DNA of 64,000 nt from Eledone cirrhosa (taxonomy: Eukaryota): NCBI GenBank assembly GCA_964016885.1, contig OZ024743.1, positions 247,938,001 through 248,002,000 of the forward strand. The letters run 5' to 3'. The translations under genes and the position numbers were made by a program. A model generated the notes under the pieces. It ran no database searches and was not told where the DNA came from. It saw only the letters and a list, made by a program, of their open reading frames with translations. Each line of letters opens with the position of its first letter. The stretch's first letter is position 1. Positions 11,740 to 25,800 of the stretch are shown in pieces.

Positions 11740-12545
11740 CGAGATTGTGGCGCCATAAGAGCTAGCCACTATCACAAGTGTCACCTGATACTTCAGTGTC
11801 ATGTGATGTTCGTGAAGAGGTCTAATGAACTTACTCATTGCACTTCGGTTAAAGCTAGATGCCTCATATTGGACTTTACTGTCAGTGACTCTTTCGCTCC
11901 ATCACACATCCTAAATGTTGCGGTGGAGGTGGGGGCTGCTACATCCATGTCGGTGACTTACATTTTTCAGTGTATGACAATAGAGACGTTCGGTAGAGTT
12001 GACCCGCTGACAATGAAATGTGTGTAATTGGTTGATGCTCATGAGGTTGTTTGACTAATCCAGCGGTTCAGTCTCGCTATCACCCACAGTAATGCCGTTA
12101 GCGTTTTGGGTTGCCTCAAAATTCTCTGTTGTATGTGTATATCTTTTTTTCTTCTTTCTGGCTAATTTTTATTGTTATTGTTCACTTGCTTCAATCCAAA
12201 TCAATCCCTTCTGAGGAACCCCTCCCTGGTTGACCTCTACTGCCTTCTGTTTTGTTTTGGTCATGTCAGGAGTGGAACCATACTCACTATGCTTGGCCAA
12301 TTGCGGGTTGTTGAGACTATTTAACTCATAATTCGGGTGGACGGCCGTTGACTCTGAGGAGTTAGTCCGTCCTTTTAACAGCTCGTGTTTGTTTGTTTGT
12401 CTGTTTGTGCTGCTGGGATTCCACTTACCCTTCTCACCAGACCAAGGTCTGGTGGGGGAGCCGGTTTAGTCACCAGCCATCCGACCATGAAGCAGGTTGT
12501 ACTGGGTTACATGGTACCAGTAGCAGGCAGAGGCCTGACCTGACC
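11740..12545 (-). mobile_element. Decayed, internally deleted RTE-clade LINE
   Basis: Minus frame HRNI*DV*WSERVTDSKV resembles the RTE post-RT motif CLRxILxIxWxDRVTN; GC-rich UTR-like block at 12410-12545. Confidence 0.5.
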
Positions 12546-12923
12546 TATTCACTTTCTTATGCCCCATAAAATGATTAATCTTGTTCAATGTTATTTGAAA
12601 ATTTTAGATTTTTATCATTTTTAAAACATCTATTGTCTTTGTTTCGAGCAATTTCATTTGTGCAATCGTTTATGCTATTTAGTTTCGTGTAGTTTCCAAA
12701 TTCTAAGCCTTGATTCAAACAGCTGATAATGTATTTCTTTTTCTTTAACTTAGTAATGACCTTGAACAAAGTTCCATTTTAGTTTGGTAGGTGACAATGA
12801 AGTAGTTGAGTAGCTTTTGAGTAGCTCTTGAGTCTGACGATACTTCAGACAAAGTTAGAGTTAGGAAAATATTCAGCGTTAAACTTTAAAGTTCAAGAGG
12901 ATGAGTAGGTATTCTTAGCTATG

Positions 12924-12975
<52 letters not shown>

Positions 12976-13003
12976 GCTCTCTCTTTTGCGTTTGTGAAAT
13001 AAT

Positions 13004-13220
13004 GGTTTCTGATATAGGCACAAGGTCAGCAATTTTGGGGGAGGGGAAAGACGATTAAATCGACCCCAGTGCATTGCTGGTACTTTATTTTATCGACCCC
13101 GTAAGGATAAAAGGTAAAGCTAACCTCTGCGGGATTTAAACTCAGAATGTAAATGGCCGAAACTATGCCACGAAGCAGGGTGTCCAACGCCGTACCAATT
13201 CTGCCAATTCACTGCCCTGG
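13004..13220 (-). mobile_element. SINE family A, full length, with TSD
   Basis: GTTTGTGAAATAAT at 12990 and 13221. Confidence 0.9.
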
Positions 13221-13412
13221 GTTTGTGAAATAATAACAGTGAAATTCAAGACAGGCTACCTGTTGTAATTCTTATATTCAGGCATTGGGTTGTAGTCAAT
13301 CAAATGCGCCTTTTTCTTATAAATCGATCATGAATCTTAGAAACCTTTCCAATCAGTAAGAGTGGTAGGTTTTACGTGAAAGAAAGATTCGATTTATCAG
13401 TTCGGCCAAGAG

Positions 13413-13666
13413 CAGTCGTTCCCAAACTTATTTTATCACGGAAGACTTATAAAATTTTCGAACAATCGCACAACCCATAGCTATATTTTACGGACAATTC
13501 CTATCACCCTAATTCCAAAAATACATTAAACAAAACAAAAACTATTTTGGAAAGAGAATATATACATATTCTTTAAAAAATTACGAATATTTATCAAATT
13601 TTATTTAATGAGACCTTATCTCTTGAACATCAGAATCTTTCGCGGAACCCACTTGGGGAAACACTG
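13413..13666. mobile_element. hAT-like MITE
   Basis: TIRs CAGTCGTTCCCAA / TTGGGGAAACACTG; related partial copy at ~58370; no clear TSD. Confidence 0.6.
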
Positions 13667-13799
13667 GCTTAAATACGATGAAGAAGCAATCGCTATAGGT
13701 AGTGGTTATTTCAAGATTTTAGGCTGGATTAATTCTTCAATAGTACCAATAGTACCTCAATTGTCAGTAACCCTATGTTATTTATTATATCAAATGTTT

Positions 13800-14000
13800 A
13801 CAAGGGAATGGATCTCCGTCTGTTTCGAACAACGGAACAGCCTCTTCATGAAATTAACGAGTGTCTGAGCATTCCATAGACGCGTATATCCTTAACGTAA
13901 TTCTCAGGGCGATTCAGCGTGACACAATGTAACAAGGCTGGTCCTTTGAATTACAGGTACAGTCCATCCGAAGGGCTTCCAACCAGTTTCCGTCTACATA
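13800..14000 (-). mobile_element. SINE 3' tail domain (family B/C)
   Basis: GATTCAGCGTGACACA..CCTTTGAATTACAG block; recurs at ~15920-16210, 62900-63200 and, inverted, at 63880-64000. Confidence 0.7.
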
Positions 14001-14212
14001 AAATGACATTATCACATGATACCACATCACCATAAGATTTTTGCCTATACTAGTCGTATATAGGTGGACAAAGTAGGGCCGAATAGTTAAAAACATTCGC
14101 CTCGCAATCATTAGGTCCTGTGTTCGATCCCACTGTGCTGCGTCTCGGGAAAGTATTATATAAATTCAGTACTTTGTGGTCTGACATGTTTTTAATCTGC
14201 CATATATAATTA

Positions 14213-14382
14213 TGGCGAATTGATAATGTCGGATTAAATGCCTCGGTATTTATTTCAGCTCACTGCGCCTTGAGTTCAAATCCCGCTTCTTTGCTTTTCA
14301 TCCTTTCGGAGTCGATAAGATAAAGTACCAGTAATGCACTGAGGTAATTGCTGACCTTGTGCCAAAAGTAGAAACAATTATT
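14213..14382 (+). mobile_element. SINE family A
   Basis: GAGTTCAAATCCCGC..TTTCATCCTTTCGGAGTCGAT..AAGTACCAGT. Confidence 0.8.
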
Positions 14383-14427
14383 AACTGTATTATTCGCAAT
14401 CATACGGTTCCAGTTTCACAACATTTT

Positions 14428-14618
14428 CAGACTTGCCAATCCCTAAAAACCCGAACGGGGAGTACTATGAAAAAAAGTGTCCCAAAACAGGGATAAATGA
14501 GGCAAAATGGGGAGATTTTTCTTAATGAAAGCTATACCTATTTTCACAAAAGAAGATATCTTTCAACCACCCTAAAATGGGTGGGGGATCTCCCCGTCAG
14601 ACGGGGCAGACAGGTCTG
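14428..14618. mobile_element. MITE nested in a family B SINE
   Basis: TIR CAGACTTG/CAGGTCTG; CATTTT duplicated on both sides; SINE sequence continues on both flanks. Confidence 0.6.
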
Positions 14619-15394
14619 CATTTTAGACAAGTGTTCTTTACCGTAGCCACGAATCGAAACAATCTTTGTGTGTGAAATTTGGTTGATAGAAATTGACTGG
14701 AAACCCATCAGATGGACTGTATCTGTAGTTCAAAGTGCCAACATTGTAACACACACTATGTATGTGGAATGCTCAGCCACTTGCACATTAATTTCAAGAG
14801 CAAGTTGTTCTGTTCGAACACTCATCGTCGGAACCGACGGAGTCCCAGTGTGTGTGTGTGTGTGTGTGTTAGGGAGGAAGTGTGCAAGTTTCAATGATGT
14901 TAAAAAAAATGAAACAGAACACATGGAGATAGGGAATGTTACACTGAAGTTCATCACACTATATATGATAACACACACATATGTATATATATGTGGGGAG
15001 AAATAGATTTGAGCTTACACTAAATATTTGAATGTTATATGCTGGGTAAGCATCACGCTGAGACGGTCTGCTGTAACATTAGTTGATAACGTGGGGAAGG
15101 ATATGTGTATACGCATGTATGTATATATGTATGTATGTGTACACACATTTTATATATATAATCAACGTCACTCCGTAATAGCTGGGAAATAAGTTGGCTT
15201 CTTGAACTCACGAAAAGAGAAAGGTAAGGTCAAGATTATGTTATCTGTTTACAACTAGTGAATTGATGTATAGAAATGTTATTGAGAAACATTAAAAACA
15301 AATGCAATGTTTGTATTAAGAGAACTTGACGTAATACCATGCAATAATGTCATGAAGGGAGTTATGTTCAGTGAACTATGATATATACGTTATA

Positions 15395-15607
15395 ACAATT
15401 TCTAAATTTAGGCACAAGGCTGGCAATTTAGGGGAAAGGAAAGTCGATTATATCGACCCCAGTACCTGACTGGTACTTTTAATCGACTTCGGTAGGATAA
15501 AAGGCAAAGCTGACCTTAGCAGGATTTGAACTCATAATATAAAGATCTACACAATTATTGTTGAGCATTTGTCTGGCCCCCTAACGACTCTGCCAATCCA
15601 CTGTCCT
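15395..15607 (-). mobile_element. SINE family A
   Basis: ATCGACCCCAGT..CTGGTACTTT..AAAGGCAAAG..GGATTTGAACTC. Confidence 0.85.
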
Positions 15608-15919
15608 TATATATTACATTATAATAAAGAGAAATGCAAGGTAGGTAAATGGACACCCGACGGTTTCGAAGATTATTGTTCCAGTTGAAATGCCTCGTGG
15701 GGTTGAGTAGCTGTTGCTTCAGTTTCGACGCGTAGTCCAGTAACAAATGATTAAGTCACAAGATTAAATATCAAACGATGTAATGTAAGTAGTTTCAAGT
15801 TGAAATCGCAGTGTCCATTTTTGTTTAACGGCTGACGAGCGAAGATTTTATGTTTGTTCTCTGTCGCATTTGTTCGCGTTTCAGTTCTTTCGTGCAGATA
15901 TTTTGGCAGTACCGGAAGT

Positions 15920-16210
15920 AAATGAATCTCCGTCGGTTTCTACGAAAATTGTTATAGTTGTTCGAACAACGGAACAGCCTGTTCGTGAATTTAACGCGTG
16001 TGTGTGTGTGTGTGTTATTGTGCTTGCGCGCGTGTCATATTTTCGATCAACTGACAGGAATGTTCATTGACTAAACGTGGTTGAGTATTTCATCCGCGAG
16101 TACACTCAACGCAAGTCCTAAGGTGAATCAATGAGATAGAGATCGTAACAAGACTGCACCTTTGAATTACTGGTACAGTTCATCCAATGGGTATCAATGC
16201 AGTGTCTGTC
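15920..16210 (-). mobile_element. SINE 3' tail domain (family B/C)
   Basis: Homologous to 13800-14000. Confidence 0.65.
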
Positions 16211-16719
16211 CTTCCGCGTGCGTGCACGTGTGTGTTTATTATAAACTAAGACCATGATATACCCTAACTAGAATGTAAATAAATCTACAAAAAAAACATG
16301 CTACCCACGAACTCAAGCAAACATGAATCATTATCTTACAATCATCCCCACTCACCGTACACACACCGCATAAGACATAAATTAAATTCAAACACGTCCT
16401 TAAAAAACCAACTCCCTCTCCTCCCAGTAAAACAATAACCAGAATGTTCTAATTATAGATATGAAGGTGGGAAACGGCAGACATCATCAGGCTGCAGCTG
16501 TTGTATAACGTAAGTTATAAGGATCGAAATAAAAGGCGATTACTATAAAAATAATTGGGAAGATCGGCTAAAGTACATGGACATAGGGACGTTACCCGAT
16601 TTTCTCAAGTACTATTTATAGTGATCGACTATTATTTCTGTCATTTACGTTGGGACGCACACATTTCAAATTTTTCGAATGCTTCTTAAGTCAACTGCTT
16701 TATATATATATATATATAT

Positions 16720-16836
16720 AATTGTTTTTACTTTTGGCACGAGGCCAACAATTATCCAAGTGTATTACTGGTACTTTATTTTATCAGCCCCGTAAGGATG
16801 AAAGGCAAAGTTAACCTCGACGGGATTTGAACTCAA
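16720..16836 (-). mobile_element. Truncated SINE family A next to the satellite
   Basis: Close match to 10937-11050; ends at the B-box ~40 bp before the array. Confidence 0.85.
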
Positions 16837-16877
16837 ATGCTTGTGTGTGTGTCAAAGTGTATGTACGAAACCGCAGG

Positions 16878-19800
16878 TAGACACGCACACAACTAATGTA
16901 GATACAAGCCACTGTCACATAGACACACACAACTAATGTAGAGACAAGCCACTGTTACATAGACACCACACACAACTAATGTAGAGACAAGCCACTGTCA
17001 CATAGATACCACACACAACTAATGTAGAGACAAATCACTGTCACATAGACACACACACAACTAATGTAGAGACAAGCCACTGTCACATAGACACACACAA
17101 CTAATGTAGAGACAAGCCACTGTCACATAGACACCACACACAACTAATGTAGAGACAAGCCACTGTCACATAGACACACACAACTAATGTAGAGACAAGC
17201 CACTGTTACATAGACACCACACACAACTAATGTAGAGACAAGCCACTGTCACATAGACACCACACACAACTAATGTAGAGACAAGCCACTGTGACATAGA
17301 AACCACACACAACTAATGTAGAGAGAAGCCACTGTCACATAGACACCACACACAACTAATGTAGAGACAAGCCACTGTCACATAGACACCACACACAACT
17401 AATGTAGAGACAAGCCACTGTCACATAGACACCACACACAACTAATGTAGAGACAAGCCACTGTCACATAGACACACACAACTAATGTAGAGACAAGCCA
17501 CTGTCACATAGACACCACACACAACTAATGTAGAGACAAGCCACTGTGACATAGAAACCACACACAACTAATGTAGAGACAAGCCACTGTCACATAGACA
17601 CCAACAACTAATATAGAGACAAGCCACTGTCACATAGACACCACACAACTAATGTAGAGACAAGCCACTGTCACATAGACACACACACAACTAATGTAGC
17701 GACAAGCCACTGTCACATAGACACCACACACAACTAATGTAGAGACAAGCCACTGTCACATAGACATACAACTAATGTAGAGACAAGCCACTGTCACATA
17801 GAAACCACACAACTAATGTAGAGATAGGCCACTGTCACATAGACACACACACAACTAATGTAGAGACAAGCCACTGTCACATAGACACCACACACAACTA
17901 ATGTAGAGACAAGCCACTGTCACATAGACACCACACACAACTAATGTAGAGATAAGCCACTGTCACATAGACAGACACACAACTAGTGTAGAGACAAGCC
18001 ACTGTCACATAGACACACAGAACTAATATAGAGATAAGCCACTGTCACATAGACACCACACACAACTAATGTGGAGACAAGCCACTGTCACATAGACACC
18101 TCACACAACTAATGTAGAGACAAGCCACTGTCACATAGACACCAACAACTAATGTAGAGACAAGCCACTGTCACATAGACACACACACACACAGCTACTG
18201 TAGAGACAAGCCACTGTCACATAGACACCACACACAACTAATGTAGAGACAAGCCACTGTCACATAGACACACACAACTAGTGTAGAGACAAGCCACTGT
18301 CACATAGACACAGACACAACTAATGTAGAGACAAGCCACTGTCACATAGACACACACAACTAATATAGAGACAAGCCACTGTCACATAGACACCACACAG
18401 AACTAATGTGGAGACAAGCCACTGTCACATAGACACCACACACAACTAATGTAGAGACAAGCCACTGTCACATAGACACACACACAACTAATGTAGAGAG
18501 AAGCCACTGTCACATAGACACACACAACTAGTGTAGAGACAAGCCACTGTCACATAGACACACACACAACTAATGTAGAGACAAGCCACTGTCACATAGA
18601 CACACAGAGCTAATATAGAGATAAGCCACTGTCACATAGACACCACACACAACTAATGTGGAGACAAGCCACTGTCACATAGACACCATACAAAACTAAT
18701 GTAGAGAGAAGCCACTGTGACATAGACACTAACAACTAATGTAGAGACAAGCCCCTGTCACATAGACACACACACAACTAATGTAGAGACAAGCCACTGT
18801 CACATAGACACCACACACAACTAATGTAGAGACAAGCCACTGTTACATAGACACCACACACAACTAATGTAGAGACAAGCCACTGTCACATAGACACACA
18901 CAACTAATGTAGAGACAAGCCACTGTCACATAGACACCACACACAACTAATGTAGAGACAAGCCACTGTGACATAGAAACCACACACAACTAATGTAGAG
19001 ACAAGCCACTGTCACATAGACACCAACAACTAATATAGAGACAAGCCACTGTCACATAGACACCACACACAACTAATGTAGAGACAAGCCACTGTCACAT
19101 AGACACACAATTAATGTAGAGACAAGCCACTGTCACATAGAAACCACACAACTAATGTAGAGATAGGCCACTGTCACATAGACACACAAACAACTAATGT
19201 AGAGACAAGCCACTGTCACATAGACACCACACACAACTAATGTAGAGACAAGCCACTGTCACATAGACACCACACACAACTAATGTAGAGATAAGCCACT
19301 GTCACATAGACAGACACACAACTAGTGTAGAGACAAGCCACTGTCACATAGACACACAGAACTAATATAGAGATAAGCCACTGTCACAGACACCACACAC
19401 AACTAATGTGGAGACAAGCCACTGTCACATAGACACCTCACACAACTAGTGTAGAGACAAGCCACTGTCACATAGACACCAACAACTAATATAGAGACAA
19501 GCCACTGTCACATAGACACCAACAACTAATGTAGAGACAAGCCACTGTCACATAGACACACACAACTAATATAGAGACAAGCCACAGTCACATAGACACC
19601 ACACACAACTAATATAGAGACAAGCCACTGTCACATAGACACCACACACAACTAATGTGGAGACAAGCCACTGTCACATAGACACCACACACAACTAATG
19701 TAGAGACAAGCCACTGTCACATAGACACACACACAACTAATGTAGAGAGAAGCCACTGTCACATAGACACACACAACTAGTGTAGAGACAAGCCACTGTC

Positions 19801-22800
19801 ACATAGACACACACACAACTAATGTAGAGACAAGCCACTGTCACATAGACACACACAACTAGTGTAGAGACAAGCCACTGTCACATAGACACACAGAGCT
19901 AATATAGAGATAAGCCACTGTCACATAGACACCACACACAACTAATGTGGAGACAAGCCACTGTCACATAGACACCATACAAAACTAATGTAGAGTGAAG
20001 CCACTGTCACATAGACACTAACAACTAATGTAGAGACAAGCCCCTGTCACATAGACACACACACAACTAATGTAGAGACAAGCCACTGTCACATAGACAC
20101 ACACACAACTAATGTAGAGACAAGCCACTGTCACATAGACACACAGAACTAATGTAGAGACAAGCCACTGTTACATAGACACACACAACTAATGTAGAGA
20201 CAAGCCACTGTCACATAGACACACACAACTAATGTAGAGACAAGCCACTGTCATATAGACACCACACAACTAATGTAGAGATAAGCCACTGTCACATAGA
20301 CACCAGACAACTAATGTAGAGACAAGCCAATGTCATATAGACACCACACAACTAATGTAGAGACAAGCCACTGTCACATAGACATACACAACTAATGTAG
20401 AGACAAGCCACTGTCACATAGACACACACAACTAATGTAGAGACAAGCCACTGTCACATAGACACCACACACAACTAATATAGAGAGAAGCCACTGTCAC
20501 ATAGACACCACACACAACTAATATAGAGACAAACCACTGTCACATAGACACCACACACAACTAATGTAGAGACAAGCCACTGTCACATAGACACACAGAA
20601 CTAATGTAGAGACAAGCCACTGTCACATAGACACCACACACAACTAATGTAGAGACAGGCCACTGTCACATAGACACCACACAACTAATGTAGAGACAAG
20701 CCACTGTCACATTGACACCTGACAACTAATGTAGAGACAAGCCACTGTTACATAGACACACTCAACTAATGTAGAGACAAGCCACTGTCACATAGACATA
20801 CACAACTAATGTAGAGACAAGCCACTGTCATATAGACACCACACAACTAATGTAGAGATAAGCCACTGTCACATAGACACCAGACAACTAATGTAGCGAC
20901 AAGCCACTGTTACATAGACACACACAACTAATGTAGAGACAAGCCACTGTCACATAGACACACACACACAACTACTGTAGAGACAAGCCACTGTCACATA
21001 GACACCACACACAACTAATGTAGAGACAAGCCACTGTCACATAGACACACAACTAATATAGAGACAAGCCACTGTCACATAGACACCACACACAACTAAT
21101 GTGGAGACAAGCCACTGTCACATAGACACCACACACAACTAATGTAGAGACAAGCCACTGTCACATAGACACACACACAACTAATGTAGAGAGAAGCCAC
21201 TGTCACATAGACACACACAACTAGTGTAGAGACAAGCCACTGTCACATAGACACACACACAACTAATGTAGAGACAAGCCACTGTCACATAGACACACAC
21301 AACTAGTGTAGAGACAAGCCACTGTCACATAGACACAGAGCTAATATAGAGATAAGCCACTGTCACATAGACACCACACACAACTAATGTGGAGACAAGC
21401 CACTGTCACATAGACACCATACAAAACTAATGTAGAGTGAAGCCACTGTCACATAGACACTAACAACTAATGTAGAGACAAGCCCCTGTCACATAGACAC
21501 ACACACAACTAATGTAGAGACAAGCCACTGTCACATAGACACACGCACAACTAATGTAGAGACAAGCCACTGTCACATAGACACACACAACTAGTGTAGA
21601 GACAAGCCACTGTCACATAGACACACACACAACTAATGTAGAGACAAGACACTGTCACATAGACACACGCAACTAATGTAGACAAAAGCCACTGTCACAT
21701 AGACACCACACACAACTAATGTAGAGACAAGCCAGTCACATGGACACCACACACAACTAATGTAGAGACAGGCCACCGTCACATAGACACACACAACTAA
21801 TGTAGAGACAATCCACTGTCACATAGACACCATACACAACTAATGTAGAGACAAGCCACTGTCACATAGACACACATAACTAGTGTAGAGACAAGCCACT
21901 GTCACATAGACACACACACAACTAATGTAGAGACAAGCCACTGTCACATAGACACCACACACAACTAATATAGAGAGAAGCCACTGTCACATAGACACAA
22001 CACACAACTAATATAGAGACAAGCCACTGTCACATAGACACCACACACAACTAATGTAGAGACAAGCCACTGTCACATAGACACACAGAACTAATGTAGA
22101 GACAAGCCACTGTCATATAGACACCACACAACTAATGTAGAGATAAGCCACTGTCACATAGACACCAGACAACTAATGTAGAGACAAGCCACTGTCATAT
22201 AGACACCACACAACTAATGTAGAGACAAGCCACTGTCACATAGACATACACAACTAATGTAGAGACAAGCCACTGTCATATAGACACCACACAACTAATG
22301 TAGAGATAAGCCACTGTCACATAGACACCAGACAACTAATGTAGAGACAAGCCACTGTCACATAGACACACACAACTAATGTAGAGACAAGCCACTGTCA
22401 CATAGACACCACACACAACTAATATAGAGAGAAGCCACTGTCACATAGACACCACACACAACTAATATAGAGAGAAGCCACTGTCACATAGACACCACAC
22501 ACAACTAATGTAGAGACAAGCCACTGTCACATAGACACCACACACAACTAATATAGAGAGAAGCCACTGTCACATAGACACCACACACAACTAATATAGA
22601 GACAAGCCACTGTCACATAGACACCACACACAACTAATATAGAGAAAAGCCACTGTCACATAGACACCACACCAACTAATGTAGAGACAAGCCACTGTCA
22701 CATTGACACTACACAACTAATGTAGAGACAAGCCACTGTCACATAGACACCACACAACTAATGTAGAGACAATCCACTGTCACATACACACCAGACATCT

Positions 22801-25800
22801 AATGTAGAGACAAGCCACTGTCACATAGACACCACACAACTAATGTAGAGACAAGCCACTGTCACATAGACACACACAACTAATATAGAGACAAGCCACT
22901 GTCACATAGACACCACACAACTAATATAGAGACAAGCCACTGTCACATAGACATACACAACTAATGTAGAGACAAGCCACTGTCATAAAGACACCACACA
23001 ACTAATGTAGAGATAAGCCACTGTCACATAGACACCAGACAACTAATGTAGAGACAAGCCACTGTCACATAGACACATACAACTAATGTAGAGTCAAGCC
23101 ACTGTCACATAGACACCACACAACTAATGTAGAGACAAGCCACTGTCACATAGACACCACACACAACTAATGTAGAGACAAGCCACTGTCACATAGACAC
23201 ACAGAACTAATGTAGAGACAAGCCACTGTCACATAGACACCACACACAACTAATGTAGAGACAAGCCACTGTCACATAGACACCACACAACTAATGTAGA
23301 GACAAGCCACTGTCACATTGACACCTGACAACTAATGTAGAGACAAGCCACTGTTACATAGACACACACAACTAATGTAGAGACAAGCCACTGTCACATA
23401 GACACACACAACTAATGTAGAGACAAGCCACTGTCATATAGACACCACACAACTAATGTAGAGATAAGCCACTGTCACATAGACACCAGACAACTAATGT
23501 AGAGACAAGCCACTGTCATATAGACACCACACAACTAATGTAGAGACAAGTCACTGTCACATAGACATACACAACTAATGTAGAGACAAGTCACTGTCAT
23601 ATAGACACCACACAACTAATGTAGAGATAAGCCACTGTCACATAGACACCAGACAACTAATGTAGAGACAAGGCACTGTCACATAGACACACACAACTAA
23701 TGTAGAGACAAGCCACTGTCACATAGACACCACACACAACTAATGTAGCGACAAGTCACTGTTACATAGACACACACAACTAATGTAGAGACAAGCCACT
23801 GTCACATAGACACACACACAACTAATGTAGAGACAAGCCACTGTCACATAGACACCACACAACTAATGTAGAGATAAGCCACTCTCACAAAGACACCAGA
23901 CAACTAATGTAGAGACAAGCCACTGTCATATAGACACCACACAACTAATGTAGAGACAAGCCACTGTCACATAGACATACACAACTAATGTAGAGACAAG
24001 CCACTGTCATATAGACACCACACAACTAATGTAGAGATAAGCCACTGTCACATAGACACCACACAACTAATGTAGAGACAAGCCACTGTCACATAGACAC
24101 ACACAACTAATGTAGAGACAAGCCACTGTCACATAGACACCACACACAACTAATGTAGCGACAAGCCACTGTTACATAGACACACACAACTGATGTAGAG
24201 ACAAGCCACTGTCACATAGACACACACACAACTAATGTAGAGACAAGCCACTGTCACATAGACACCACACAACTAATGTAGAGAAAAGCCACTGTCACAT
24301 AGACACCACACAACTAATGTAGAGACAAGCCACTGTCACATTGACACCACACAACTAATGTAGAGACAAGCCACTGTCACATAGACACCACACCAACTAA
24401 TGTAGAGACAAGCCACTGTCACATTGACACTACACAACTAATGTAGAGACAAGCCACTGTCACATAGACACCACACAACTAATGTAGAGACAATCGACTG
24501 TCACATACACACCAGGCAACTAATGTAGAGACAAGCCACTGTCACATAGACCCCACACAACTAATGTAGAGACAAGCCACTGTCACATAGACACCACACA
24601 CAACTAATGTGGAGACAAGCCACTGTCACATAGACACCATACAAAACTAATGTAGAGTGAAGCCACTGTCACATAGACACTAACAACTAATGTAGAGACA
24701 AGCCCCTGTCACATAGACACACACACAACTAATGTAGAGACAAGCCACTGTCACATAGACACACGCACAACTAATGTAGAGACAAGCCACTGTCACATAG
24801 ACACACACAACTAGTGTAGAGACAAGCCACTGTCACATAGACACCACACAACTAATATAGAGACAAGCCACTGTCACATAGACATACACAACTAATGTAG
24901 AGACAAGCCACTGTCATATAGACACCACACAACTAATGTAGAGATAAGCCACTGTCACATAGACACCAGACAACTAATGTAGAGACAAGCCACTGTCACA
25001 TAGACACATACAACTAATGTAGAGTCAAGCCACTGTCACATAGACACCACACAACTAATGTAGAGACAAGCCACTGTCACATAGACACCACACCAACTAA
25101 TGTAGAGACAAGCCACTGTCACATAGACACACACAACTAATGTAGAGACAAGCCACTGTCACATAGACACCACACAACTAATGTAGAGACAAGCCACTGT
25201 CACATAGACACCACACACCTAATGTAGAGACAAGCCACTGTCACATAGACACCACACACAACTAATGTAGAGACAAGCCACTGTCACATAGACACCAACA
25301 ACTAATGTAGAGACAAGCCACTGTCACATAGACACACACACAACTAATGTAGAGACAAGCCACTGTCACATAGACACACACACAACTAATGTAGAGACAA
25401 GCCACTGTCACATAGACACCACACACAACTAATGTAGAGACAAGCCACTGTCACATAGACACACACAACTAGTGTAGAGACAAGACACTGTCACATAGAC
25501 ACACACACAACTAATGTAGAGACAAGCCACTGTCACATAGACACACACAACTAATGTAGAGACAAGCCACTGTCACATAGACACCACACACAACTAATGT
25601 AGAGACAAGCCATTGTCACATAGACATCACACGCAACTAATGTAGAGACAAGCCAGTCACATGGACACCACACACAACTAATGTAGAGACAAGGCACTGT
25701 CACATAGACACAGACAACTAATGTAGAGACAAGCCACTGTCACATAGACACCACACACAACTAATATAGAGACAAGCCACTGTCACATAGACACCACACA

